Part shown: one piece after another, positions 38,283 through 48,356 of the stretch
Layout of the letters: each line of letters begins with the position of its first letter
How positions within the stretch are numbered: position 1 is the first letter of the stretch
NCBI GenBank assembly: GCA_963814115.1
Contig: CAWFBS010000008.1
Span: 430,155 to 494,154 of the forward strand
From: an uncultured Chloroflexia bacterium
Lineage (GTDB): Bacteria > Chloroflexota > Limnocylindria > Limnocylindrales > CSP1-4
Reading direction: 5' to 3'
DNA length: 64,000 nucleotides
Made by a program: the position numbers and the translations under genes
The notes under the pieces: model-generated
Database searches by the model: none
What the model was told of the DNA's origin: nothing
The model's input: only the letters and a program-made list of their open reading frames with translations

Positions 38283-39944
38283 ATGTACTGGGCTGACGAG
38301 CTGGCCGCGGCGGCCGAGGGACCGCAGGTCGTCAACGACTCGAAGACGCCCTCGGGGACCGTCCACGTCGGGAGTCTTCGCGGCCCCGTCATCCTCGACG
38401 TCATCACCCGGGCCCTGCGCGATCGCGGCGTCCCGACGACGCTGCTCTACGGTGTCGACGACATGGACCCGATGGATGCCCAGGCCCTCCTGACGCCAGA
38501 CGCCGTGGAGCGGGAGATGGGCCGTCCGCTATCCCGGGTGGCCGACCAGGTCGGCGACTGCCATGCCTCCTACGCTCGCCACCACGCCCAGATCTTCATC
38601 GACATCTTCGATGGTCTCGGCATTCGTCCTGATCGCTACTACTGGATGAGCGACATCTACCCATCCGGCGCGCTCGATCCGTTCATCCGGACCGCCCTCG
38701 ATCGCGCGGACATCGTCCGGGACCTCTACCGGCGCATTTCCAGGGTGGAGCGGCCGGCCGGCTGGCTCCCGATCAGCGTCATCTGCCCCGCCTGTGGCAA
38801 GGTCGGGACGACGCTCGCCCGGGACTGGGACGGCGCGACGGTGGCGTTCGAGTGTTTGCCCGACTACGTCACCTGGGCCAGCGGCTGCGGGACGACCGGT
38901 CGGCTTGCGCCGTTCGGGGGCGCCGCGAAGCTGCCCTGGAACCTGGAATGGGCAGCCCAATGGTCGCTCTTCGGCGTGACGATCGAGCCATGCGGCAAGG
39001 ACCTCGCCACCGCGGGCGGCTCGCGCGATCGCTCCGACGCGCTGGCCCGCGAGGTATTTGACCGGGAGCCCCCGCGCAACCTGGCCTACGAGTTCCTGAA
39101 CATCGGCGGGCGCAAGATGTCGACGAGCAAGGGACGCGGTGCCGCCGCCCACGAGATCGTCGAGGTCCTGCCGGCGGAGCAGCTCCGGTTGCTCTTCCTC
39201 CGACCCCGACCGAACCAGGTCATCGAGTTCGATCCGGACGGCACGGACGCGGTCCCGCGTGTGTTCGATGAGTTCGACCGGCTGGCGGCTGCCGCCGGCG
39301 GCCGAGAGGTCAAGGGCGAGCTTCCCGCCGACGCCGGTCGGATCTTCCGCTACGCGCTCCTGGATCCAACCGCGGACGTCGCCGCGGAGGCGGTGCGCTA
39401 TCGGCCGGCGTTCGCGCACCTCGCGCTGCTGGCGCAGATCCCCGGCGTGGACGTCGCCGAACGGGTGACGGCGGAGAAGGGGAGCGCCCTGACCCTCGCG
39501 GAGCGCCGGATCCTCGAGGAACGGCTGGTTGCCGTCGACGGCTGGTTGGAGTCCTACGCGCCGGAGCGGGCCCGGATCGAGATCCGGCGCGACGCGCTCC
39601 CGCCGGAGGCCGCGGCCCTGGGCGAGGACCAGCGAGCCTGGCTCGGCGCGTTTGCCCGCGCGGCAAAGGCGACGCTGCCATCGTCCGGCGACGCGTGGCA
39701 AGCGCTGATCTTCGCGGTTGCCGAGGCGGCAGCGCTCCCTGCGGGCCGTGCCTTCGGTGCCCTCTACGTGGCGTTCCTGGGCCGGACCAACGGACCGCGC
39801 GCCGGTTGGCTGCTGGCCAGCCTGGAGCCCGTCTTCGTGGTGGAGCGATTGCGGGCCGCGGCAGGTTGGCGCGATCTTCCGGATGGCGAGCAGGGCGCTG
39901 CCGGCGGGACCGGCGGCCGCGACACGACGGAGGCGGTGGGATGA
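38283..39944 (+). CDS. lysK: Lysine--tRNA ligase, class I (archaeal-type LysK)
   Basis: Class I Rossmann signatures: HIGH-type HVGS near the N-terminus and KMSKS-type KMSTSKG, in the order and spacing of class I LysRS. Zinc-binding Cys cluster (CPACG...C). 553 aa. Confidence 0.75.
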   Translation: MYWADELAAAAEGPQVVNDSKTPSGTVHVGSLRGPVILDVITRALRDRGVPTTLLYGVDDMDPMDAQALLTPDAVEREMGRPLSRVADQVGDCHASYARHHAQIFIDIFDGLGIRPDRYYWMSDIYPSGALDPFIRTALDRADIVRDLYRRISRVERPAGWLPISVICPACGKVGTTLARDWDGATVAFECLPDYVTWASGCGTTGRLAPFGGAAKLPWNLEWAAQWSLFGVTIEPCGKDLATAGGSRDRSDALAREVFDREPPRNLAYEFLNIGGRKMSTSKGRGAAAHEIVEVLPAEQLRLLFLRPRPNQVIEFDPDGTDAVPRVFDEFDRLAAAAGGREVKGELPADAGRIFRYALLDPTADVAAEAVRYRPAFAHLALLAQIPGVDVAERVTAEKGSALTLAERRILEERLVAVDGWLESYAPERARIEIRRDALPPEAAALGEDQRAWLGAFARAAKATLPSSGDAWQALIFAVAEAAALPAGRAFGALYVAFLGRTNGPRAGWLLASLEPVFVVERLRAAAGWRDLPDGEQGAAGGTGGRDTTEAVG

Positions 39945-41281
39945 GCGTCGGCGTGCAACGGCTGCGAGACGAGCCCGATCTCATCCGAAAGGGCGCGATC
40001 GACAAGGGCGAGGACGCGACGCTCGTGGACACGGCCGTCGCGCTCGACGCGCGCCGGCGGGCGCTCCTCGGCGAGGCGGACGCGCTCAAGGCCGAGCGCA
40101 ACATGGCCTCGCGGCAGGTCGGTGATGCGATCAAGGCCGGCGCCGCGCCCGCCGGCCCGGAGGTCGCGGCATTGCGCGCCGCGTCCGTTGCCGCGGGCGA
40201 GCGGATCGCCACCCTCGACGTCGAGATCGGCCGCGTCGAGGCCGAGCTGGAGGACGCGCTCCTGCGCATCCCGAACCCGGCCGACCCCGACGTGCCGATC
40301 GGCGACGCCGACGCGAGCGTGACGGTCCGTACCTGGGGCGAGCGACTCCCGCGGTCGGTGGCCGCGGCGGAGGCCGGGGGCCCGGACGCCGCCGCACCGG
40401 CCTGGGAGCGCCGGCCCCACTGGGACGTCGCTGAGCGCCTTGGCATCTTCGAGCTCGAGCGCGGCGCCAAGATCGCGGGCTCCGGCTTTCCCGTCTACCG
40501 CGGGGCCGGGGCAGGGCTGCAGCGCGCCCTGATCGACTTCTTCCTGGGCGTCCACACGCGCGAGAACGGATTCACCGAGATCTGGCCGCCCGCCGTCGTC
40601 AACGCCGCGTCCGCGCGGGGCACGGGCCAGATCCCGGACAAGGAAGACCAGATGTACGTCGTGACGCGCGACGAGCTCTACCTGGTCCCGACGGCCGAGG
40701 TGCCGGTCACGAACCTCCACCGCGGCGAGATCTTCGAGGCCGGCGAGCTGCCCGTCCGCTACGCGGCGTACTCACCCTGCTTCCGCCGGGAGGCCGGTGC
40801 GGCGGGCAAGGACACCCGCGGGATCCTGCGCGTCCACCAGTTCGACAAGGTCGAGATGGTGCTCTTCGAGACACCCGAGGCGTCCGCCGAGGCGCTCGAG
40901 TGGATGGTGGGCCGGGCCGAGGATCTCCTGCGCCGCCTCGGGCTGGCCTACCGCGTGCTCCTCATGGCGACCCGCGACATGGGGTTCGTGCAGGCCAAGA
41001 AGTACGACCTGGAGGTCTGGGCGCCCGGCGTGGAGCGCTGGCTGGAGGTCTCCTCCTGCTCGAACTTCCGGGACTACCAGGCGCGCCGGATGGCGATCCG
41101 CTACCGCCCGGCGCCGGGGGCGCGGCCTGAGCTGGTCCACACGCTGAACGGGTCGGGCCTCGCGCTTCCCCGGGTCGTCGCGTCGATCCTGGAGACGTAC
41201 CAGGAGGCGGACGGCAGTGTCCGCGTCCCGGAGCCGCTCCGGGTCTCGCTCGGGACGGACCGGCTGCGCCCACCGGCCTGA
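39941..41281 (+). CDS. serS: Serine--tRNA ligase
   Basis: N-terminal coiled-coil arm plus class II core motifs (e.g. FRRE, GSGLALPR). ATGA overlap with the lysK stop. Confidence 0.9.
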   Translation: MSVGVQRLRDEPDLIRKGAIDKGEDATLVDTAVALDARRRALLGEADALKAERNMASRQVGDAIKAGAAPAGPEVAALRAASVAAGERIATLDVEIGRVEAELEDALLRIPNPADPDVPIGDADASVTVRTWGERLPRSVAAAEAGGPDAAAPAWERRPHWDVAERLGIFELERGAKIAGSGFPVYRGAGAGLQRALIDFFLGVHTRENGFTEIWPPAVVNAASARGTGQIPDKEDQMYVVTRDELYLVPTAEVPVTNLHRGEIFEAGELPVRYAAYSPCFRREAGAAGKDTRGILRVHQFDKVEMVLFETPEASAEALEWMVGRAEDLLRRLGLAYRVLLMATRDMGFVQAKKYDLEVWAPGVERWLEVSSCSNFRDYQARRMAIRYRPAPGARPELVHTLNGSGLALPRVVASILETYQEADGSVRVPEPLRVSLGTDRLRPPA

Positions 41282-41525
41282 CCGCTGCCGCGCCGGTCGG
41301 AGCGCGCAGACCCCCGCGGCCGGTCTCACCATCCCGGCGGCTGGTCTCGTTGCCCCGGCCAGGATGCGCATCCCGCCCGATTCCCGGGCGCGCAAGCGGC
41401 GTGTACGATCTCCGCCTGATGCAACGGAGCGCCGGACCGAGTCCTCGACGTTCACCACCGGATCCGGTGGAAGCGCAGCGTGGGCATGGTGCGGGAGGTC
41501 CGGGCTTGAGCCGGGACATCCGGTC

Positions 41526-43976
41526 GTGAAGGCGCGCCTGCGGTTCTCCGCGCGCGGCATCGTGATCGCCTACGCTCTGGCCGCCGCGGCGTGGATCGCG
41601 TTCAGCGATCAGGTGGCCGCCGGACTGGCCCCCAGCCAGGACGCGCTCGCAACCATATCTACCCTCAAAGGCTGGGCCTTCGTCGCAGTCACGAGCGCGC
41701 TGCTCGCCGGCCTGCTGTGGGGCTTCGACGACGAGCGTGGCCGCAGGGCCATCGAGCTCGAGCTGCAGGTCGCGGAGCGGGGACGCGCGGAAGCGCACCT
41801 CGAGCGGCTGAATCGAGTGCTCAGAACGCTGAGCCTGGCGAACCAGGCGCTGGTCCGGAGCCTCGAGGAAACCGCCCTGCTGCAGGAGTTCTGTGCGGTC
41901 ATCGTCGAACACGGCGCGTTTCTCGGCGCCTGGGTCGGGTACCGCGAGGATGACGCGGCCGGAACGATCCGGCCGGTTGCCCGGGCCGGCCCCCTGGAGG
42001 GCTACCTCGACGCGATCACGTTGAGCTGGAACGACGCGACCCACGGGAGCCCGGGACCGGCAGGAACGTCCATCCGCGAAGGCCGGACGGTGGTCAGCAT
42101 GGACGCCAGCGCCGACGCGACCCTGGCCTGGCGGGACGAGATGCTCGCCCGGGGCATCCGGTCCCTGGTGGCACTGCCGCTGATGATCGACGACCTGGCG
42201 TTCGCCACGCTCGTGATCTACGCGGGAGATCAGGATGCGTTCGGACCTGACGAGATCGCCCTCCTCGAGGAGCTTGCCGCGGACCTTGCCTATGGCGTAC
42301 GCACCCTGCGCTCCCGGGCCGGTGCCGCGCGCGACACCGCGGCCCGCCATCTCGCCGAGCGCGAGATGCTCCGCCTTGTCACCGCCATCGAGCAGTCCTC
42401 CGATGCGGTCGTGATCACCGACGCGAGCGGTGCGATCGAGTACGTGAACCCAGCCTTCGAGCAGGTGACCGGCTACCCGGCCGGGGAGGCCCTCGGCCAG
42501 AACCCGCGGATCCTCAAGAGCGGCGTGCAGGGACCTGCTTTCTACGCCGCGATGTGGGCCACCCTGGTCAGCGGGCAGTCGTTCGTGGGGGACCTCGTCA
42601 ACCGGCGCAAGGACGGGAGCCTGTTCCAGGAGGAGGCCGTCATCTCGCCGATCCGCGACGAGGCGGGGACGATCACGAGCTACGTGGCTGTCAAGCGCGA
42701 CGTGACCCGCGAGCGCGCCGCGGAAGCCGCCCAGGAGCGAATGGCACGGGAGCGCGCCCTGATCGCCGGGACGCTTGCGGACCTCCAGGGTCTGCCCACG
42801 CCCACGGCGACGGCCGAGGCGATCTGCCGGCAGGTCGTGAGCCTCGCCGGCGCTACGAGCGCCTCGATCTCCTACTTCACCCTCGAGGGCCCGGCCATGC
42901 CGCTCGGCTACGTGCGGGCCGACGGCGTCCCCGTGCAGCTGCGGCGCATCCCCTTCCAACGAAGTCGTACCCTCCGCGAGCGGGCTGAGGAGGGACCATG
43001 GGTTGAGGCTTGGGTCCACCGTCCCTGGCACCCGTACGCGCGACAGCAGATGGAGATCGGCACCAGGGCCCTCGCCTACGCACCCGTCCGCCACCGTGGC
43101 GTGCTCATCGGCGTCCTGACGGTGACGTCGTCCGAAGCGTCGGCCGCAGTCGAGCGGCTTACGGAGACCCTGCCCGCCCTGCTCGAGTTCGCAGGCTTCG
43201 CGGGTGCGCTCATCGGCCCGGCTATCGCGGACCTGACCGAGGCCGGCAGCGCCCAGGAGCGAATTGCCGCGATCATCCGGACCGGCGCGTTCCGACCCGT
43301 CTTCCAGCCGATCGTGGACCTCGTCACCGGTGCCCACGTCGGCTACGAGGCTTTGACCCGCTTTGCCGACGGCGCGGCCCCCGACATCGTGTTCGCCGAC
43401 GCGCGAACAGCCGGCCTCGAGCCGGAGCTGGAGCTCGCGACGCTTGGCGCCGCGATCGCCGCCGCCACCAGGCTGCCGGCCGGTGCATGGCTGAGCCTCA
43501 ACGTGTCACCCGGCCTCCTCACCGGCAGCCGGCGCCTAGGCGGGGTGCTGCGGGCCGCCGACCGCCCCATCGTCCTCGAGGTGACCGAGCACGTCCCCGT
43601 GGACGACTACGCGGCTCTCCGCGCCGCGCTGGGCCGGATCCGCCCCAACGTGCGCGTGGCGGTCGACGACGCGGGGGCGGGCGTGGCCAACTTCGGCCAC
43701 ATCGTCGAGCTGCGGCCTGCCTTCGTGAAGCTCGACATGCGGCTGGTCCGGGGCATCGAAGCGGACCTGACCCGGCAGGCCCTGGTCCTCGGGCTCCTCC
43801 ATTTCGCCAGCGAGGCGGTGAGCCAGACGATCGCAGAGGGCGTCGAGACCGAGGCGGAGCTCGCGACCCTCCGGGGGCTCGGGGTTCCCCTCGCCCAGGG
43901 CTACCTGCTCGGCAGACCGGCGCCGGTGGAGGACTGGGGTTTGCCGACGCAGCCGGGGGCGGCCGGCACGGGTTAA
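41526..43976 (+). CDS. Membrane-anchored PAS/GAF-containing EAL-domain signalling protein (putative c-di-GMP phosphodiesterase)
   Basis: Two N-terminal TM helices and GAF-like and PAS (PAS/PAC) segments. C-terminal EAL domain with QPIVDL, EALTRF and DDAGAG motifs; no GGDEF motif seen. GTG start at 41526 chosen; the upstream in-frame region is Arg/Ser-rich. Confidence 0.7.
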   Translation: MKARLRFSARGIVIAYALAAAAWIAFSDQVAAGLAPSQDALATISTLKGWAFVAVTSALLAGLLWGFDDERGRRAIELELQVAERGRAEAHLERLNRVLRTLSLANQALVRSLEETALLQEFCAVIVEHGAFLGAWVGYREDDAAGTIRPVARAGPLEGYLDAITLSWNDATHGSPGPAGTSIREGRTVVSMDASADATLAWRDEMLARGIRSLVALPLMIDDLAFATLVIYAGDQDAFGPDEIALLEELAADLAYGVRTLRSRAGAARDTAARHLAEREMLRLVTAIEQSSDAVVITDASGAIEYVNPAFEQVTGYPAGEALGQNPRILKSGVQGPAFYAAMWATLVSGQSFVGDLVNRRKDGSLFQEEAVISPIRDEAGTITSYVAVKRDVTRERAAEAAQERMARERALIAGTLADLQGLPTPTATAEAICRQVVSLAGATSASISYFTLEGPAMPLGYVRADGVPVQLRRIPFQRSRTLRERAEEGPWVEAWVHRPWHPYARQQMEIGTRALAYAPVRHRGVLIGVLTVTSSEASAAVERLTETLPALLEFAGFAGALIGPAIADLTEAGSAQERIAAIIRTGAFRPVFQPIVDLVTGAHVGYEALTRFADGAAPDIVFADARTAGLEPELELATLGAAIAAATRLPAGAWLSLNVSPGLLTGSRRLGGVLRAADRPIVLEVTEHVPVDDYAALRAALGRIRPNVRVAVDDAGAGVANFGHIVELRPAFVKLDMRLVRGIEADLTRQALVLGLLHFASEAVSQTIAEGVETEAELATLRGLGVPLAQGYLLGRPAPVEDWGLPTQPGAAGTG

Positions 43977-44275
43977 GGTGGCCGCGCCAGCGGCCGCGGC
44001 GAGGTGCCGGAGCCGGGGGCCGGAGGTGGCTGGACCGCGGCTCCGCGACTCTCCAGACGAGCGTTAACTCGCCGTTGATTAGGACGGCCGCCGTTCGGCC
44101 AATCTTCCCGTCGGGACGGCGGCCCGGCTGGCTCGTCACTCGGGAGGACCGATTGGCGCCTTGTCCTGAGATGGCGGGGTTGCCCGCCTCAGATCCGTAA
44201 GAGGGTCAGCGGGGCTCGCGACTCAGGCCACCCAACCGCTATCGTGTTGCGAATGACAGGAGTCGGGGAAGCGGC

Positions 44276-46774
44276 ATGAACGGCGAGGGCGCGAGCGGAC
44301 GTTGGCGGACAGCCGGGCGCGGCCAGCCCCGGGAGCTCGCGTCGCGGGCTGCGGGGAGAGCCGGCTCGCAAGGCCAGCCCGGGATTCGTGCGCGGAGCGC
44401 GCCGGAGATCCCGCGCTTCCCCGTCGACCCGTGGTGCCTCCGGGAGCAGGGCTTCGATCCGTTGCTCGCCGCGGGCCGCGAGACCATCTTCTCTCTCGGA
44501 AACGGCCACCTCGGCGTTCGCGGAACCCTGGAGGAAGAGGCCGGCAACGTCACGCGCGGCACGTATGTGAACGGCTTCTACGAGACCGTCCCGATCCGCT
44601 ACGGCGAGACCGCCTACGGCTACGCCCGGAACCACCAGGTGATGCTCAACGTGGCCGACGGCACGCTGATCCAGCTCTACGTGGACCAGGAGCCGCTGGA
44701 CCTCACGACGGGCCGTGTCGAGGCGTCCAAGCGCTCGCTCGACATGCGCAGTGGCGTCCTCGAGCGGACCGTCCGGTGGCGCTCGCCGGCCGGACACCTC
44801 GTGGAGGTTTCCTCGCGGCGGATCGTCTGCCTGGCCCGGCCGAGCGTCGCCGCGATCGAATATGACGCCACGATCCTGGAGGGCCGCGGCACCCTCCGCA
44901 TCGCGTCCGCGATCGATGTCCGCGCCCGCCCGGGCGCAACGACGGGAGATCCCAGGGTCGGCCACCCGGTGCCGGAGGGCTCGCTGACGTCGATTCGACG
45001 CGAGGTCAACGGGCCACAGGGTGCCGTCATCCAGCGCACGCGGGGCACTGGCCTCACGATCGCCGTGGCGATGGACCACGCCATCTCCGCGATCGGGCCG
45101 CTGGCCGGCAAGCCGAATTCCGCCTCGCGCGCGACCGCCGACCGCGTGACGTTCGAAGTGAGCGCGGAGGCGAGTTCCGGGACGGGCCTCCGCCTGAGGA
45201 AGATTCTCGCCTACACAACGTCTCTCGATCTCGGCGCGGACGACCCGCTGGCCCGGGCGCGCGCCGATGCCGAGGCGGCCGGAGCGCTCGGCTTCAAGGG
45301 GCTCCTCGCCGAGCAGCGCGCGGAGCTGGACCGGTTCTGGAGCGTCGCCGACGTGGAGGTCGACGGCGACCCGGGCGTTCAGCAGGCGCTCCGTTTCAGC
45401 CTCTTCAGCCTCTTCCAGGCGGCCGGACGCGATGGACGCACGAGCATTCCGGCCAAGGGCCTGACCGGTGAAGGGTACGAAGGGCACTACTTCTGGGACA
45501 CGGAGGTCTTCGCGCTGCCCCTGTTCGCGTACACCCGCCCCGAGATCGCACGGGCGCTGCTCCAGTACCGGGTCCGCACCCTTGACAAGGCACGCGAGCG
45601 CGCAATCGAGATGCGCCAGCGCGGTGCGCTCTATGCCTGGCGGACGATCGGCGGCGAGGAGGCGTCCGCCTACTTCCCAGCCGGAACCGCCCAGTACCAC
45701 ATCGATGCCGACATCGCCGTGGCGTTCGAAAAGTACGTCCACGCGACGGGCGACCGGACGATCCTCACCGAGGGCGGCGCGGAGGTTGTCTTCGAGACCG
45801 CCCGCCTATGGGCGGACCTGGGCGCGTACATCCCGGCCCAGGCGAATGCGTTCTGCATCAATGAGGTCACCGGCCCTGACGAGTACACGGCGCTCGTAAA
45901 CAACAACTGCTACACGAACCTGATGGCCCGGGCCAACCTCCGGTACGCGGTCGCGCTGGCGGAACGGATGTCCCAGGACGACCCGTCGTTCTATCGGGAG
46001 CTCGCCGCCCGGATCGGGCTCGACGAGGACGAGGTGGTGCTCTGGCGTCGGGCCGCCGAGCGGATGCGAGTCCCCCGCGACGAGGCGCTGGGGATCCACG
46101 TCCAGGACGACACGTTCCTGACCCGCGAGGTCTGGGATTTCGCCGGGACGCCACGAGCCGAGTACCCGCTGCTGCTCCACGTCCACCCGCTGGTGATCTA
46201 TCGCTATCAGGTCCTCAAGCAGCCCGACGTCGTGCTGGCGCAGGTGCTGCTCGGCGCCGAGTTCACGCCCGCAGAGAAGAAGCGCAACTTCGACTACTAC
46301 GACCCGCTGACGACCGGCAATTCGTCGCTCTCGCCCTGCATCCAAAGCGTCGCGGCGGCCGAGCTCGGCTACGGGGACCTGGCCTACGCGTATTTCCAGC
46401 GCACGGTGCGGATGGACCTCGACGATGTCAACGGCAATGTCGCCGACGGCATCCACCTCGCCGCCATGGCCGGCTCGTGGATCGCCGTCGTCTTCGGGTT
46501 CGCCGGGTTCCGCGACGACGGCGGACGCACCGACTTCGCTCCGCGACCTCCGGATCCCTGGCGGCGGCTCCGTTTCCGGATGCTGATTCGCGGCTCGCTC
46601 CTGCTAGTCACGATCACCAGCCGTCACGTCGTCTACGAGCTGCTGTCCGGCCCCGACCTTGCAATCCGGCACTTCGGCCGCGCCGTGGTCCTGAGGGCCG
46701 GCCGACCAATGAAACGGTCGCTCGAGCGGCCCGCCGGTCAGATCCGGGCCCCACTCCCGCCTGGGGAGCCATAG
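44276..46774 (+). CDS. Glycoside hydrolase family 65 disaccharide phosphorylase (maltose/trehalose/kojibiose phosphorylase-like)
   Basis: N-terminal beta-sandwich (FSLGNGHLGVRG), (alpha/alpha)6 catalytic domain (general acid region GEGYEGHYFWDTE) and C-terminal beta-sandwich. Confidence 0.85.
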   Translation: MNGEGASGRWRTAGRGQPRELASRAAGRAGSQGQPGIRARSAPEIPRFPVDPWCLREQGFDPLLAAGRETIFSLGNGHLGVRGTLEEEAGNVTRGTYVNGFYETVPIRYGETAYGYARNHQVMLNVADGTLIQLYVDQEPLDLTTGRVEASKRSLDMRSGVLERTVRWRSPAGHLVEVSSRRIVCLARPSVAAIEYDATILEGRGTLRIASAIDVRARPGATTGDPRVGHPVPEGSLTSIRREVNGPQGAVIQRTRGTGLTIAVAMDHAISAIGPLAGKPNSASRATADRVTFEVSAEASSGTGLRLRKILAYTTSLDLGADDPLARARADAEAAGALGFKGLLAEQRAELDRFWSVADVEVDGDPGVQQALRFSLFSLFQAAGRDGRTSIPAKGLTGEGYEGHYFWDTEVFALPLFAYTRPEIARALLQYRVRTLDKARERAIEMRQRGALYAWRTIGGEEASAYFPAGTAQYHIDADIAVAFEKYVHATGDRTILTEGGAEVVFETARLWADLGAYIPAQANAFCINEVTGPDEYTALVNNNCYTNLMARANLRYAVALAERMSQDDPSFYRELAARIGLDEDEVVLWRRAAERMRVPRDEALGIHVQDDTFLTREVWDFAGTPRAEYPLLLHVHPLVIYRYQVLKQPDVVLAQVLLGAEFTPAEKKRNFDYYDPLTTGNSSLSPCIQSVAAAELGYGDLAYAYFQRTVRMDLDDVNGNVADGIHLAAMAGSWIAVVFGFAGFRDDGGRTDFAPRPPDPWRRLRFRMLIRGSLLLVTITSRHVVYELLSGPDLAIRHFGRAVVLRAGRPMKRSLERPAGQIRAPLPPGEP

Positions 46775-46927
46775 GCCCGCACGGCGTCGACCGCGTCGAC
46801 GGCGCCTCCTTCTCGCGCTACCATGCATATCGGAGCGGCCCCATGAGAGAGCGACGGCAAAGCCCCCCGACATGTCGAAGGTTGTGACCGGCGCACCGCA
46901 CCCAACGCCACCACGCGGTCCAATGCA

Positions 46928-47308
46928 ATGAAGCCCTCGGATGAGCGCCCCGAGATCGCGTTGCCGCGTGACCCGCTGCCGGGCGGCTCGACGGGCCCTT
47001 CGTGCACGGATTCCGGGTGGCTCGTGACGTTCACCGGTCCGACTCCGGAGCAGGAACCCTCGGTCGGAGGCATCCGGCCCGCCGCCGACGCCCTCCTCGT
47101 GGACCCGCACATCCCCGAGGCCTGGGGCGAGGTCAGGATCCCTGTGTCGTTCCGAGGTCGCCGGGTTGTCGTCCAGGTGCAGGGCGACCTCCTGCAGGTG
47201 CGCGCCCGGCCGGAAGCGCCCGTTTGCGTCGGCGGCGGCATGCCGGTCGAGAGCGGGCCGCGCGGCCGCCGCTTCCGTCGGTCGAGCGACGAATGGCTGT
47301 CGGCATGA
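46928..47308 (+). pseudogene. Remnant ORF resembling a second GH65 C-terminal beta-sandwich domain
   Basis: 126-aa ORF in the 518-bp gap between the GH65 and pgmB genes. The segment SGWLVTFTG...DPHIPEAWGEVRIPVSFRGRRVVVQVQGDLLQV aligns by eye with the GH65 C-terminus of the upstream gene (GSWIAVVFG...PPDPWRRLRFRMLIRGSLLLVTITSRHVVYEL). Confidence 0.3.
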
Positions 47309-48096
47309 AGCACGGGGGAGCGTTCCCCGGCCCTGGGTTCGACGCGGTCATCTTCGACATGGACGGCGTCGTCACCCAGACTGCGCTGGTCCACGCGGCG
47401 GCCTGGAAGCGCCTCTTCGACGAGTACCTCAGCGATCGCGCGGCCCGGACCGGCGTCCCGTTCGTCCCGTTCGACGCCGAGGCGGACTATCGGCCGTACA
47501 TCGACGGGATGCCGCGCTACGACGGCGTGCGGCGGTTCCTGGCCTCACGGGATATCTCGCTGCCCGAGGGAACTCCAACCGACCCGCCCGCCGCGGAGAC
47601 GGTCTGCGGCCTCGGGAACCGCAAGAACGGGTTCTTCCTGGCCGTCGTTGCCCGGGACGGCGTCCTCCCGTTCCCGACGACGGTCGCCCTCGTGCGGTCC
47701 CTTCGCGAGCGCGGGCTGGGCACGGCCATCATCTCGGCAAGCGAGAACGCTACGGCCATCTTGTCCGCTGCCGGCGTCCTGGGCCTGTTCGACGTGCAGG
47801 TCGACGGGATGGATGCCTCCCGCCTGGGCCTGGCCGGAAAGCCCGATCCGGCAATCTTCCTCGAGGCCGCCCGGCGCCTTGGCGTCCCGCCCGGCCGCGC
47901 CGTGGTCGTCGAAGATGCGCTGGCCGGCGTGGAGGCCGGACGGCGCGGCAGGTTCGGGCTGGTGGTGGGAGTCGACCGAGCGGGGCTCCGCGACGAGCTC
48001 GCCGCGCGCGGGGCCGACGTCGTCGTGAGCGATCTCGGTGAGCTGCCGATCGCCCCGGCGCCCGGCGGCACCGGCCGGGAGTCGAGGCCGCGCTAG
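47293..48096 (+). CDS. pgmB: Beta-phosphoglucomutase (HAD superfamily)
   Basis: HAD motif I DxDGV (VIFDMDGVV), motif II S/T and motif III K. Partner gene of GH65 phosphorylases. Confidence 0.8.
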   Translation: MAVGMKHGGAFPGPGFDAVIFDMDGVVTQTALVHAAAWKRLFDEYLSDRAARTGVPFVPFDAEADYRPYIDGMPRYDGVRRFLASRDISLPEGTPTDPPAAETVCGLGNRKNGFFLAVVARDGVLPFPTTVALVRSLRERGLGTAIISASENATAILSAAGVLGLFDVQVDGMDASRLGLAGKPDPAIFLEAARRLGVPPGRAVVVEDALAGVEAGRRGRFGLVVGVDRAGLRDELAARGADVVVSDLGELPIAPAPGGTGRESRPR

Positions 48097-48356
48097 GCGT
48101 GCGAACTGACTACCCTCCCGAGGGCAGAGTGCCAGCACCGTCTTGAGGGCACCCTGCGGGTGACCACGGAGGTGAAATCAGGGCGAACTGCCGCGGCCGA
48201 CCGTTGATGTCCGGTGGCAGATCCTGACGCCGGCGCTCCGGTCAGACTTCTCTCGCTCGCCGCCGACGACGACTGGTACCCTTCCTCCCGAGCGGGTTCG
48301 TGTGCGTGGCCCCCGACGCAAAGGATGTTGCGTCAGGTGACCGCCCTCGACAACGC

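Noticed and set aside
40962-43337. 791-aa minus-strand ORF antisense to serS and the EAL sensor
   Set aside because: Shadow ORF with no motifs. The plus-strand genes are well supported.
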